Shown: positions 1-10,027, counted from the first letter of the stretch. The stretch: DNA of 37,940 bases from an uncultured Clostridia bacterium (GCA_947628015.1 CANQYG010000003.1:1-37940); one strand, 5' to 3'. The notes: generated from the sequence alone by a model not told the origin. Numbers and translations are program-made.

Positions 1-186
1 TGTTCCGGCACTACAACCTTCACTTACATCTTTTGCCTCTATTCCTATTATCTTTACATCCCACTGACCTGTAATTTCAGCATTTCCATTTATTTGTAAT
101 TGAGTAGCAAATTCTGAATAAGCAACTGCCATAGATGTTATTACAACTATTAATATAATTGTTATTATATTTTTTCTATTCTTCAT
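1..186 (-). CDS. Secreted/surface hypothetical protein, N-terminal part only (runs off the window)
   Basis: ATG at 186, open to position 1: MKNRKNIITIILIVVITSMAVAYSEFATQLQINGNAEITGQWDVKII...; basic N-terminus plus hydrophobic signal-like segment; GGAAGG RBS upstream. Confidence 0.7.
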   Translation of the reverse strand, partial: MKNRKNIITIILIVVITSMAVAYSEFATQLQINGNAEITGQWDVKIIGIEAKDVSEGCSAGT

Positions 187-304
187 TTCCTATTTCCTTC
201 CACAATATAGCTTATTTCCTTTAGTTTTAGATATAATTATATCTATATTTATTATATGATTTTTAATTATTTATGTTAATTTGTCTTTTTCCATATCTAA
301 AAAT

Positions 305-345
305 AAAAAAGAGAAGTATATCTATAAGATTTCTTCCCTCTTTTT
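305..345 (-). terminator. Probable intrinsic terminator after the MNT gene
   Basis: Imperfect inverted repeat AAAAAGAG-AAG...CTT-CCCTCTTTTT, followed by a T-run on the minus strand. Confidence 0.45.
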
Positions 346-405
346 ACTTATTAATTTTTTATTAAGCTTTCATAATTTCTTTTTATTTTAAGTATATTTT
401 AATTT

Positions 406-741
406 TTATGCAACCTTTATGCCTGTATTTTTCACTTCGACTACAAAAGGCGTTTCATCATTTTCATAATCTGCAACTGTTATAATATGTGGCTCTATCC
501 TTTTGTCAATTGTCCTTCTTAATAAAGTCATCTTTACTTCTTCATCAAATGTATCTGTTTTTATATCGTCTGTAATAACTGCTATATCTATATCACTATC
601 TTCATGTTCTGTTCCTTTTGCATAAGATCCAAATAATATTATTGCTACTACATCATAATTTTCTTTTATAATAGCTATATATTTTTCTATTATGTCGGCT
701 ATTTCTTTTTTTATTTTTCTTTTATCATTGTTTCTAACCAT
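406..741 (-). CDS. Minimal nucleotidyltransferase (MNT/MntA-like antitoxin family)
   Basis: 111 aa with the LFGSYAKG-x5-SDIDIAV polymerase-beta-like motif and a RIEPH segment. Confidence 0.85.
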   Translation of the reverse strand: MVRNNDKRKIKKEIADIIEKYIAIIKENYDVVAIILFGSYAKGTEHEDSDIDIAVITDDIKTDTFDEEVKMTLLRRTIDKRIEPHIITVADYENDETPFVVEVKNTGIKVA

Positions 742-752
742 AGTTTTACCTT

Positions 753-1637
753 TTAATTTTTTATCAATCTTTCATAATTACTTTTTAGTATTATATCATA
801 TCTTAATTTTAATATTTTCCTATAAAATTCTTTTCTAATATCTGATATTAATGGAGTTTCATTAATAATATTATTAACTTTTTCTAAATCTATCTTTGGA
901 AATATCTTTAATAATGCTCTATTACAGTCTTCATTTTCTAAACTACTAATATACTCATAATAGTTAATCTTTTTATCATTTATTTTTAAGCTAGATGTTG
1001 GAAAAACATACACTCTTGCTTTCATTTCTTCTTCATTGTTTACAATATCTTCAATCATATCATCTGTTAGTTGTGGATACAAACAAGATGCACAAGCATA
1101 TATAGGAGCAATTTCAATATTTTTTGAATCTTCATTTATTAAAAATCCCCAATTGCCATTATGTCTATCAAAGTTTCCAACGAAACTATCTGCTATAAAC
1201 ATTTGCCAAAAAAATTCTTTTAATTTATTAACATCATATATTGATTGATTTTCAATTGTTTCTATTACTTCACTTAATTCTGTACCATATCCATTTTTTG
1301 AAGTCTCAACTTGACTATTTTTTAATTCTGCAAATTGTTTCAAAATACTTCCTTTTGATGTGAAATCTTTACACGCTACTACAATTTTTTCATTACCTTT
1401 TATATTATAAGTTCCTAATATAGTTTCTTGTGTATTTAACCCTAATGTTTTTAAAATTTTACAAGAAACATACTCTGAAATACAATTATTTGAATATTCA
1501 TGTTCTGTTGTTCCTTCTTTTATGTTTGGAAATTTTAACATATAATCTTCATTATTATATTTTATACATATCTTTCCTCCATTTTTTCCTCCATAATATT
1601 TATAATTGTTTATTTCGCAATTTGTAAAATCTATCAT
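753..1637 (-). CDS. HipA/CtkA-like kinase (Mg-binding Asp appears replaced by Ala)
   Basis: YGGKNGGK Gly-rich loop, YMLKFP, SEY, GNFDRHNGNWG catalytic loop, IAPIYACAS (usually APxYDxxS). Start moved to ATG 1637 (MIDFTNC), which has a GAGGTG RBS. Confidence 0.8.
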   Translation of the reverse strand: MIDFTNCEINNYKYYGGKNGGKICIKYNNEDYMLKFPNIKEGTTEHEYSNNCISEYVSCKILKTLGLNTQETILGTYNIKGNEKIVVACKDFTSKGSILKQFAELKNSQVETSKNGYGTELSEVIETIENQSIYDVNKLKEFFWQMFIADSFVGNFDRHNGNWGFLINEDSKNIEIAPIYACASCLYPQLTDDMIEDIVNNEEEMKARVYVFPTSSLKINDKKINYYEYISSLENEDCNRALLKIFPKIDLEKVNNIINETPLISDIRKEFYRKILKLRYDIILKSNYERLIKN

Positions 1638-1671
1638 TCTTACTTCACCTCTTTCTTTTTTTTGTTTTATT

Positions 1672-1884
1672 TTAAATTTCAACATAAACATATTTTTCAT
1701 ACAAATAATCACATTGTTCTTCGGTTATATCTCCATCTACAAATGCACTATTTATTGACCCTTGTAATTCATTTATTAAACAATCTAAATGTAAAACCTT
1801 ATTTTTTTTACCTTCTTTTAATCTCTTTAAATCCTCTTCTAAATATTTTGGTAAACACTTTTCTAAATACCCTTTATCTTCCAT
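1672..1884 (-). CDS. Small acidic protein, putative antitoxin partner of the HipA-like kinase
   Basis: 70 aa directly upstream of the kinase. YLEKCLPKYL...DCLINELQGSINSAFVDGDITEEQCDYLYEKY resembles, from recall, the small proteins/domains that precede Firmicutes HipA/CtkA-type kinases. Confidence 0.6.
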   Translation of the reverse strand: MEDKGYLEKCLPKYLEEDLKRLKEGKKNKVLHLDCLINELQGSINSAFVDGDITEEQCDYLYEKYVYVEI

Positions 1885-1996
1885 CTAATTTATTTTTCCT
1901 TCCATCTATCTTTTAAATCTAATTTTTATTTTTATCTTATTTTATTAAATTTTTTATAAATTATCAATCACATATCTAAAAAAATATATTAATTTT

Positions 1997-2027
1997 AAAA
2001 GAGGCTCTTAATTTTAAGAACCCCTTT
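1997..2027 (-). terminator. Intrinsic terminator
   Basis: Minus strand GGGGTTCTTAA-AA-TTAAGAGCCTC-TTTT, just after the stop at 2044. Confidence 0.7.
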
Positions 2028-2043
2028 CACATTTTTTCAAGAA

Positions 2044-2844
2044 TTACACATCCATTACAATCCAAGCAAGGCTACTTTTATGAAAATTTCCAAGCTTATG
2101 GTCACCTATTATGAATGACAATGTACAGAAATTTCCACTAAAGTTGTAATTACTTCCTTCAAGAGCAAAACTTTTTTCGTTATGTTTTGTTATTTTGTAG
2201 ACATTTCCTAAGTCTGCCCATTGGCCTATTTTTCTGCTTCCTGTAGGTTCCATATGTTTCTTGCCGTGAATCGTATCTGAACAATTACATATTTCCCTAC
2301 TTTGGTCGCATATTGTCCTCCAAGCGTCTTCTATTGTGTAATTATAAGCGTTGACAAGTTCTCTCATTAATACTGCCAAGAAAATTATTCTTTGATTTGG
2401 AGAACCCATCCGACTTCTTTTTTGCGGGAAATAATGCTGTAACTGTAAATCCCACCACATTGTTGGCTGACCAATTGCTGGCTTTTCTCCTGCCTTAAAA
2501 ATAATATTTCCATCTTTGTCTAAACTAGGATCCATCACTTGAGCTCTAAAATTGTATATGTTCATATTTAGTGCATGCTCAAGTCTCTGTTTGAAAAATG
2601 CCTGTTTTACCGTTTCTGGCTTATGCTTGAAAATTTCATCATCTAATGAAATCGTTCCAGCATGTACCACTGGAAAATACTTGTCTAGCCACTCATTTGT
2701 GCCTTTTATTTCTTCCAATGCCTCTTTAAAAGAATGGTCGAAATAAAAATCATACATTACATACGGCTTTCCATTAATCATCCGCACATCAACATTTTTT
2801 GCTCCTTTTGGAATTTGAATTTCCTGTTTAATTCTTTTTTCCAT
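2044..2844 (-). CDS. Hypothetical protein
   Basis: 266-aa ORF with strong RBS (AGGAGGGG), its own sigma-A promoter and terminator; no function recognised. Confidence 0.75.
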   Translation of the reverse strand: MEKRIKQEIQIPKGAKNVDVRMINGKPYVMYDFYFDHSFKEALEEIKGTNEWLDKYFPVVHAGTISLDDEIFKHKPETVKQAFFKQRLEHALNMNIYNFRAQVMDPSLDKDGNIIFKAGEKPAIGQPTMWWDLQLQHYFPQKRSRMGSPNQRIIFLAVLMRELVNAYNYTIEDAWRTICDQSREICNCSDTIHGKKHMEPTGSRKIGQWADLGNVYKITKHNEKSFALEGSNYNFSGNFCTLSFIIGDHKLGNFHKSSLAWIVMDV

Positions 2845-2898
2845 GTTTTTCCCCTCCTACTAAAATTATTTTTATAAGATTTTTGCATTGATACTTTT

Positions 2899-2927
2899 AT
2901 TATACTACAAAATTACTTATTTTTCAA
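2899..2927 (-). promoter_or_regulatory. Sigma-A-type promoter
   Basis: Minus strand TTGAAA-17 nt-TATAAT upstream of 2844. Confidence 0.7.
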
Positions 2928-2994
2928 GTGTTTTCGTTTTTATTTTTAAAACATTCGTTTCTTTTTTATCTTTTTGCCTTACCAATATATGTTT

Positions 2995-3453
2995 CTAATT
3001 TAGAATATAAAATGATAAATTTAAGTATGATGCAAATAAAATCCATAATAAATATGGTATCTGTAAAAGTCCTGCTACTTTATCTTTTTTATAGAATTCA
3101 ATTATCATCCATATTACAAATACAATTAACAATAAAATCCAGAAAAATGAAAATAATCTCCATTTAAATACAAAGAAAAATATTGACCATAACGCATTAA
3201 TTACCAGTTGTGTATAGTATATAAAATCTATTTTTTCATTCGTAAGCTCCTTTACTTTCAGTCTTCCATAAGAAATCCCCATCAAAATATAAATAATTGT
3301 CCACACAATTGGAAAAACAATAGCTGGAGGAGCTAAAGGTGGCTTTTCTAATGAATTATAATCCATAGCGCCTGAAATAACAATTCCAACTACTCCTCCT
3401 ACTATTAATGGAACAAGTATCGCTTTAATATACGTCCATACATTTTTATTCAT
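2995..3453 (-). CDS. tspO: TspO/MBR tryptophan-rich sensory protein
   Basis: YNSLEKPPLAPPAIVFPIVWTIIYILMG, QLVINALWSIFFF, LLQIPYLLWILFASYLN; GAGGTG RBS. Confidence 0.92.
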   Translation of the reverse strand: MNKNVWTYIKAILVPLIVGGVVGIVISGAMDYNSLEKPPLAPPAIVFPIVWTIIYILMGISYGRLKVKELTNEKIDFIYYTQLVINALWSIFFFVFKWRLFSFFWILLLIVFVIWMIIEFYKKDKVAGLLQIPYLLWILFASYLNLSFYILN

Positions 3454-3522
3454 ACACTTTCACCTCTAACTCTAATATATTGGTTAAGTGTTAAAATAGA
3501 ACAAATTTAACGTATTTAAAAT

Positions 3523-3549
3523 AATAAACAGAGCAATGCCCTGTTTATT
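3523..3549 (-). terminator. Intrinsic terminator overlapping the stop codon
   Basis: AATAAACAG-agcaatgcc-CTGTTTATT inverted repeat at the 3' end of the large surface-protein gene. Confidence 0.6.
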
Positions 3550-6500
3550 TTTTAGTTCTTTTATAAATAATTATTCCATTAAATATTAATATTATTATAA
3601 TCATAATTAATATAATCTGTGCTAAATTATTTTCTCCTGTTTTTGGTATTACATTTGTTGCTAATTTATCTTCATCTGGTTTATTTATCTCTTGTTCTTT
3701 CTTATTTGGTTCATCTTCACTTGGAGTGTCTATTTCTGGTTTATTCTCACTTGGTTTATTTGGATTTTCTATTTCTGGATTATCTTCTTCTGAATCATTT
3801 TCATCTGGTTCTTGTGTTCCTGGTGTGCTTGTTCCCGGTTCTTCAGTCTCTGGTATATTTGTTTCTGGTTCGTTTGTTCCCGGTGTATCTTCACTTGGTG
3901 TATCTGCTCCTGGTTCGTCTATTTCTGGTATATCTTCGCTTGGCTTATCTTCTTGTTTCATTTCTTCTAGCTCTACATCCATACTTGCAATTTCTAATTC
4001 ATTAAAAATATCATCATCTTTTTGATATGTTATAGTTTTTGTAACTGAATAATTTTCACTTTCTATTTTTAATTCATATTTTTTTCCATATTCTAATCCA
4101 TAGAAAATTACAACATTTTTATTACTATCATTTACACATATTGGCTCATCATTTCCATTTTCACTTATTTGTGCTTTTTCTGCTTTAACATTTATTCCGT
4201 CTATATAAGGCAATACTTGTAATTCATACTTATTTTCTATACCTACTTCTGTATCTCTTTCTAGTAATGGTAAAAGTGGTTTATAGTAATGATATGATAT
4301 TCCTAAATTTTCATAATTATATTTTTGCACAATATTATTTAATGTATCCATACATTGTTCTAATCCATCATTATAAAATGTATCTTCTTCTCCAACTGTT
4401 CCAAACTTTGGATCTTGTACTTCTGCTATTGATACTATATTTATATTATGTTTTTTTGCTATTTCTATTTCTTGATCCATATTTTCCATTATTGTTTCTT
4501 TAAAATAATTCATAAATGCTATATGGTCATAGTTATAGTTCATTAAGTCTTCTAACACTTCTTTTGATAATTTATCTAGCCATACTGGAAGTGCCATTGA
4601 ATATTTTAATCCTAGATTTTCTGCATAATCACAACATTTCTTTGTATTTTCTGTAAATTGCCTAAATAGTGCTAATGTTTTTTCTGTTTCTCCATTATTT
4701 GCCGCTTCTTGATATTCTTCTGTTAAATAAAATTCTACATCTAAGCTAACTCCTTTTAGCTTATAGTCTAATATCTTATTTAGCTCATTTGCCTCATCTA
4801 TTACTTCTAATACATTATTCATATCTCCTTCAGTTAGCCAGTCTCTTGCACCTTCTAACAAAAATACATCTAATTCATATTTTTTTGCAAATTCCATTAT
4901 TTCTTTTAATCTACTAATTTGTTTATCGTTAGCTGGTCTTTGAATATACAATGTATTTATTTCTAAATAATCTATTTCGTCTTTTAATTTTGATATATTA
5001 AAATCATCTATATCCCAGCAATATAGTGATACTATGTTTTTCTCACTTAATGATTTTTTTGTTGCAGATTTTACATCTAATATTTTGCTTATTTCTTCTG
5101 CTATTTTTTCTCCAAAATATTTATTTCCTTCGACTGACAAATGCACTCCGTCTTCAAGCACATATTTATCTGCATTTCCATCATTTTTAGGATTCCCCAT
5201 GTCTCCTGTTCCTGTAATATATCCTTCTTTTCCTATTGTTATTTGCTCGCCATATTTATCATATGTATCACCATTTAATAAGTCTATAAATGGTACTTCT
5301 TTTTCTTGTGCTTGCTCTTTTAATTGATTATTAATCTCTATTAAATCTTCTGGTACATTTTCATCTGGATAATATGCTCCTATTGTAATTATTTTTGCGT
5401 TTGTATAATCTTTTATATAGTCTATACATTTTTCTGCCTCTTTAATTACTTCTGGTGCTTTATAGCCACTCCAATAATCGTTTGGTCCTGCTTCTAAAAC
5501 TACTACATCTGGATTTAATTTTAATTGCTCTATTAATATTTCTAATCTATCAGAATATATATCATTTTTTCCACTTGTATCTGCTAAATATCCTGTTCCT
5601 CCAACTCCATTATTTATACATTCTAGATTTAAAATATTTGATGCAACATTTGGCCATGAATAGTATGCTGGAAGACTTCCTCCTCTTGTCATACTTGAAC
5701 CTACATACAATACTTTTGAATTACTTGGTCTTTCTATGGCTTTTATTTCATCTTGATTACTTATTCTAATTCCATTAAATACGCAATCTGTTAATTCTAC
5801 TTTAATGTTTCTTTGTTTCTTTTCATTAAATTCTACTTTATACCATACACCTTTAAATGTATCTGACTTACTTCCTGTCTCTTCTGTCGTTTGCTCTATT
5901 CCATCTTGATATGTTAATTCATATCCATTTCCTTCATCTACTAATATTCTAAATGATGTACATGTATTTACAAAAAACTCTTTACAATCAACTACAAATT
6001 CTACTGAATATAATTGTGGCCATTTACTTTCTTCTGAATATATACTGTTTTGACCTATTATTGAGTTTCTCCAAGAAACTGGCTCTAAGTTTGCATTATA
6101 TGATTTATATAATGGATTTACCTTTCCATCTTCTGTTTTTGGAGCATAAAAAGTTGTTGTTTCTTCTAAATTGTTTTCATCTTCTACTTTAGTAATTGAT
6201 GGTGGATTTTCCATTATCTTTTCTTGATAATCATATACAGAAGTATATTTATTATTTCCTTTTAATTCTATATCACCAAAAACATACCAATTATTTTCTG
6301 TTTTTCCTTCACTTCCTAGCAAGTATGTTGGATTTTGGTCTTCATCATTTTCATATAATCCTATGGCTAATTTATAATTTCCACTATCTACATTTTCAAA
6401 AGTAACTGTTGCATCATTTTTTGAAAGTGTATCTGGTTCCCACTCTTTAGGATCTATATCTGTTTTATATCTTTTTACTAGATTGTTATTTTGGTCTAAA

Positions 6501-7693
6501 AGACCAACATATACACTACACTTTTCGCTTATTGGTGTAATACCATCATTCTTAAATTCAAAAGACATTTGTGTTGGTACATTTGCCTCTATTTTCTCAT
6601 TATAAGTTACTTTTTTTAGTCTAAAATAATATCCAATTTTATTTGCTAACTCTTTGCAATATTCTTGATTTCCATCATTATACCAAGCTTTATCAAGTTC
6701 AATATATGATGGTTTTGCAATTTCAATTGCCTCTTCTAATTTTTTATTAAAATATTCTCTTCCACCATTTTCTTCATACTTTTCGTAATTACTAGCATAC
6801 TCATATATCATTGGAAGTTTTCCATAAGTTTTTGAGCAAGTTTCTAACCCATTTGTATATGTAATTATTCCATCTCTTCTTAATGAAACACCTTCATCTA
6901 TTAGTTCTTCATAAACATCATTAAATTTATCTTCTCCCCATGGAATAATTAATTGTGTATCTGGAAAAGCTTCCATATATGGTTTTATATATTTTTCTTT
7001 CAAAAATTCAGGCTCTACTCTATTTTCTTTAATATATTCTTGTATATCTATTTTTTCACCTGATTCATCAAAACCATTTAATCCAAATAAATGTTGTTCT
7101 CCATAATTTCCATAAGTCCTAATATCAATAAATGCAATATTAGGATCTCCATTATATTTTTCTCCTAATGCTTTAGTAAACTCATCTACATATTTTAAAA
7201 ATGTTTCATCCATCCAATCTGGAATATATTGCTTTCCATTAGTTCCACCTAAATTATATTTAGCACCTTTATCAAATACAAATTTTGGTGTAACATAAGG
7301 TTCTTCTGTTGATGTATTTGCACACATTACGCCAAAAGCAAATTTTTTATTATACTTTATACAATCTTTTATTCCTTCATCAATTAATGTAAAATCAAAT
7401 ACACCTTCTTCTTTTTGCAATTCTGACCAATCATATCTTGTGTAAAGTACATTAGATATGTCTAGCATTTCTTGTGAAAACCAATCAAATGTATATTTGT
7501 GCTCACTATCATAAGTTAATCTTCTTGCATAATAAACAAAACCCTTACCCGGATTTATTAAAACATCATTATTATCTTGTATTGTTTTTTCAACTATTTT
7601 CCCATCTTGTCCTACTACTCCAAAAACTTTTGTTACTGAAGAAGTTAACATTATTACTAAAACTAATAGTATAATTTCAATTTTTTTTAACAT
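3545..7693 (-). CDS. Large sortase-anchored multidomain carbohydrate-active protein (GH-A/GH42-like + DUF4832-like, SGNH hydrolase, second TIM-barrel-like domain)
   Basis: Signal peptide; NPGKG, W..LQKEEGVFDF, DIRTYGNYGEQH, IGYYFRL; SGNH blocks GSSMTRG / NNGVGGTGY / GPND / DGVH; LKGVSLDVEFY domain; P/E/T/D-rich linker; IPKTG + TM + KRTKK. Start is 7693 or 7717. Confidence 0.75.
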   Translation of the reverse strand: MLKKIEIILLVLVIMLTSSVTKVFGVVGQDGKIVEKTIQDNNDVLINPGKGFVYYARRLTYDSEHKYTFDWFSQEMLDISNVLYTRYDWSELQKEEGVFDFTLIDEGIKDCIKYNKKFAFGVMCANTSTEEPYVTPKFVFDKGAKYNLGGTNGKQYIPDWMDETFLKYVDEFTKALGEKYNGDPNIAFIDIRTYGNYGEQHLFGLNGFDESGEKIDIQEYIKENRVEPEFLKEKYIKPYMEAFPDTQLIIPWGEDKFNDVYEELIDEGVSLRRDGIITYTNGLETCSKTYGKLPMIYEYASNYEKYEENGGREYFNKKLEEAIEIAKPSYIELDKAWYNDGNQEYCKELANKIGYYFRLKKVTYNEKIEANVPTQMSFEFKNDGITPISEKCSVYVGLLDQNNNLVKRYKTDIDPKEWEPDTLSKNDATVTFENVDSGNYKLAIGLYENDEDQNPTYLLGSEGKTENNWYVFGDIELKGNNKYTSVYDYQEKIMENPPSITKVEDENNLEETTTFYAPKTEDGKVNPLYKSYNANLEPVSWRNSIIGQNSIYSEESKWPQLYSVEFVVDCKEFFVNTCTSFRILVDEGNGYELTYQDGIEQTTEETGSKSDTFKGVWYKVEFNEKKQRNIKVELTDCVFNGIRISNQDEIKAIERPSNSKVLYVGSSMTRGGSLPAYYSWPNVASNILNLECINNGVGGTGYLADTSGKNDIYSDRLEILIEQLKLNPDVVVLEAGPNDYWSGYKAPEVIKEAEKCIDYIKDYTNAKIITIGAYYPDENVPEDLIEINNQLKEQAQEKEVPFIDLLNGDTYDKYGEQITIGKEGYITGTGDMGNPKNDGNADKYVLEDGVHLSVEGNKYFGEKIAEEISKILDVKSATKKSLSEKNIVSLYCWDIDDFNISKLKDEIDYLEINTLYIQRPANDKQISRLKEIMEFAKKYELDVFLLEGARDWLTEGDMNNVLEVIDEANELNKILDYKLKGVSLDVEFYLTEEYQEAANNGETEKTLALFRQFTENTKKCCDYAENLGLKYSMALPVWLDKLSKEVLEDLMNYNYDHIAFMNYFKETIMENMDQEIEIAKKHNINIVSIAEVQDPKFGTVGEEDTFYNDGLEQCMDTLNNIVQKYNYENLGISYHYYKPLLPLLERDTEVGIENKYELQVLPYIDGINVKAEKAQISENGNDEPICVNDSNKNVVIFYGLEYGKKYELKIESENYSVTKTITYQKDDDIFNELEIASMDVELEEMKQEDKPSEDIPEIDEPGADTPSEDTPGTNEPETNIPETEEPGTSTPGTQEPDENDSEEDNPEIENPNKPSENKPEIDTPSEDEPNKKEQEINKPDEDKLATNVIPKTGENNLAQIILIMIIIILIFNGIIIYKRTKK
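3700..3950 (-). repeat. Low-complexity Pro/Glu/Thr/Asp linker with degenerate PSED-x-P and EPGT repeats
   Basis: DKPSEDIP, DTPSEDTP, DTPSEDEP, NKPSENKP and (T/E)PGT units in the protein; recurring tcttc(a/g)cttgg in the DNA. Confidence 0.7.
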
Positions 7694-7752
7694 TTTTGCA
7701 CTATATCTCCTTACCATTTTTACTTGTGATATATTTTACTCTTATACTATGT

Positions 7753-7782
7753 ATTTTAACATTTTTCGTGTTTTTATGTCAA
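7753..7782 (-). promoter_or_regulatory. Sigma-A-type promoter
   Basis: Minus strand TTGACA-18 nt-TAAAAT with extended -10 TG. Confidence 0.55.
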
Positions 7783-7825
7783 CTTTTTAATAATCTTCAA
7801 CTATCTTTTCTGATTATTTTCTAAA

Positions 7826-8410
7826 TTAATATTCAATATCTCTGTGCTTCGATTGAAATTCTCTTTCTTTTAATTTCATTTTTTCTTTTATAATATCTAA
7901 TCTTTCAAATACTTGATTCGTATATTTAGGATTATATGCACTAGCATCATAATATTGAATAAGTAACAATTTTTTCATAATATCAATATTATTCATATTA
8001 ATATCTTGCACATCAATAGTCTTTGCGTGATTTTCAATCAAAAAGCAAATATTTTTTACTTCATCTTCGTTATATCCTAATCTTTCCAAAATATTTTTTG
8101 CAATTTGTGCTCCTTTTTCTGGATGTTTTTTAAAGTGTCTCACATTTCCATCATCTTGATAACTATAAGGCTTTCCTATATCGTGTAATAATAAAGCTAA
8201 CCTTATTTCTAAATCTGGTTTTGAATTTTTTAATGCTACTAATGTATGATTCCATACATCATATATATGCCATGGATTTTTTTGTTCAAAACCATATTCA
8301 TCTTCTAATTCAGGAATCATCTGAAAAATTTGCTTTCTATTCTCTTGCAAACTTTTTACCATTTCTTTACCATTTAAATTAAGAATATCTTCTAAGTTTT
8401 CCCTATTCAT
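7826..8410 (-). CDS. Stand-alone HD-domain phosphohydrolase (like the HD part of CCA-adding enzymes)
   Basis: QKNPWHIYDVWNHT, ALLLHDIGKP, HFKKHPEKGA, LIENH. Confidence 0.85.
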   Translation of the reverse strand: MNRENLEDILNLNGKEMVKSLQENRKQIFQMIPELEDEYGFEQKNPWHIYDVWNHTLVALKNSKPDLEIRLALLLHDIGKPYSYQDDGNVRHFKKHPEKGAQIAKNILERLGYNEDEVKNICFLIENHAKTIDVQDINMNNIDIMKKLLLIQYYDASAYNPKYTNQVFERLDIIKEKMKLKEREFQSKHRDIEY

Positions 8411-8460
8411 TAGATACCTTCCTTTTTTTATCTATTATTAGATTTTATAATATTCTTATT

Positions 8461-10027
8461 TTAATTTTCTTTAGATTCATGATATGATTTTTCTGTGTTT
8501 ACATTCCAAATATTATCTTTGCTTTGTATTCCATTTTTTATATTTTTTACTGTTTCCATAGCTGTTAACATAGAGTGGTCCATATTATTATACTTATGTT
8601 GTCCATTTCTTCCTACACAGTATAAGTTTGTAAATTTGTTTAGATATTCTATTAATTTATCCATTTCAGAATAAGTATCAAAATATGCTGGATATGCTTT
8701 TTTTACTTTTTCTCTGTGGGTATCTAATACATCTTCTTTATTTATTATCCCCATTTTTTCTAGCTCAGAAATTGCAAAAATTGTAAATTCTTCATCTGTC
8801 ATATTCCAATATTCATCATTTTCATTGCAGAAATATTCTAGTCCTATCCATACTGTATTTTCTGGGTCTTTTAGCATATATGGTGACCAATTATTAAAAA
8901 TTTGGATTCTTCCCATTTTTACATCTGGTTCTTGAACATATATCCAACAGTCTGGAACAATATTACCTAATGTTGGTATATTTGTTTTATTTTCTAATTT
9001 TAGTTTTTTAACTAATACTCCTACTGTTATAAAATCTCTATATGGAAGGCCTGAAGCAATATTTAAATATTTTTTTGGAACTTTATCTCCTTTAAATCCT
9101 TCTACTAAATCTTTAACTGGCATTGATGATACAAAAATGTCACCTTTTATTTCTATTTCCTTATCATTTACTATGCAAATTACTGATTCTACTTTATTAT
9201 CTTTTATATTTACATATTTTACTTTATGGCTTTTTAATATTTGTCCACCTTTTTTCTCAAATTCTTTTGCAAGTTTTTCCCATAATTCTCCTGGTCCATA
9301 TTTTGGATACCAAAACTCTTCAATTAATGAAGTTTCGACTTTATTTCCTTTTATCTTGAAAAGTTTCATAAATGAATCTTTTATAATAGCAATTATTGAA
9401 AGTCCTTTTACTCTTTGCGCTCCCCAATCTGCTGATATTTTTGACGGATGTCTTCCCCATAATTTTTCTGTATATTTTTCAAAGAACATACTATATAACT
9501 TTTTTCCAAACCTATTTATGTAAAAATTTTCTAGAGATGTTTCTTTCTTTTTTATGAATACTGATTTTAAATATCTAAATCCTACTTTTATAGTTCTTAC
9601 TAAACCTAGATTTGCAAATGTTTCTTTTTTCATTGTTATTGGATAATCAAAAAATTTTTTTAAGTAATATATTCTGGAAATTCTATTTCTAACTAGCATT
9701 ACATTGTTTTCTGTCTCTGGATCTGACCCCCCCCTTTTTTAGTTTCTTATGTCTATGTAGTTTTTTATCATCAAATGAATCTTTTCCTTGAAGTGGCATT
9801 AATTCTTCCCAAAATTCCATTACTTCATTATTTTTTGAGAAAAATCTATGGCCTCCTATATCCATTCTATTTCCTTTATAATTAATTGTTTTAGATATTC
9901 CTCCTATTTCCTCTGTCTCTTCTAAAATAACAACTTCATATTTTTTATCTTCATCTTTTAGCAATTCATATCCTGTAGTTAGGCCCGCTGGTCCTGCTCC
10001 GATAATTACTACCTTTTGTTTCTTCAT
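8461..10027 (-). CDS. NAD(P)/FAD-dependent oxidoreductase (protoporphyrinogen oxidase / UDP-Gal mutase-like superfamily), split by a +1 frameshift in a G8 tract
   Basis: N-part [25 protein letters not shown]; C-part [33 protein letters not shown]. Removing one G at 9727-9734 gives one ~521-aa ORF (..[19 protein letters not shown]..). Confidence 0.85.
9727..9740 (-). repeat. A6-G8 homopolymer (minus strand) at the frameshift junction
   Basis: Plus strand C8 at 9727-9734 followed by T6; the longest G/C run I saw in the window. Confidence 0.9.

Noticed and set aside
3700-3950. CRISPR array or DGR-like repeat
   Set aside because: The repeats are degenerate, in frame and encode a Pro/Glu-rich linker; there is no constant repeat-spacer period and no cas or reverse transcriptase gene.
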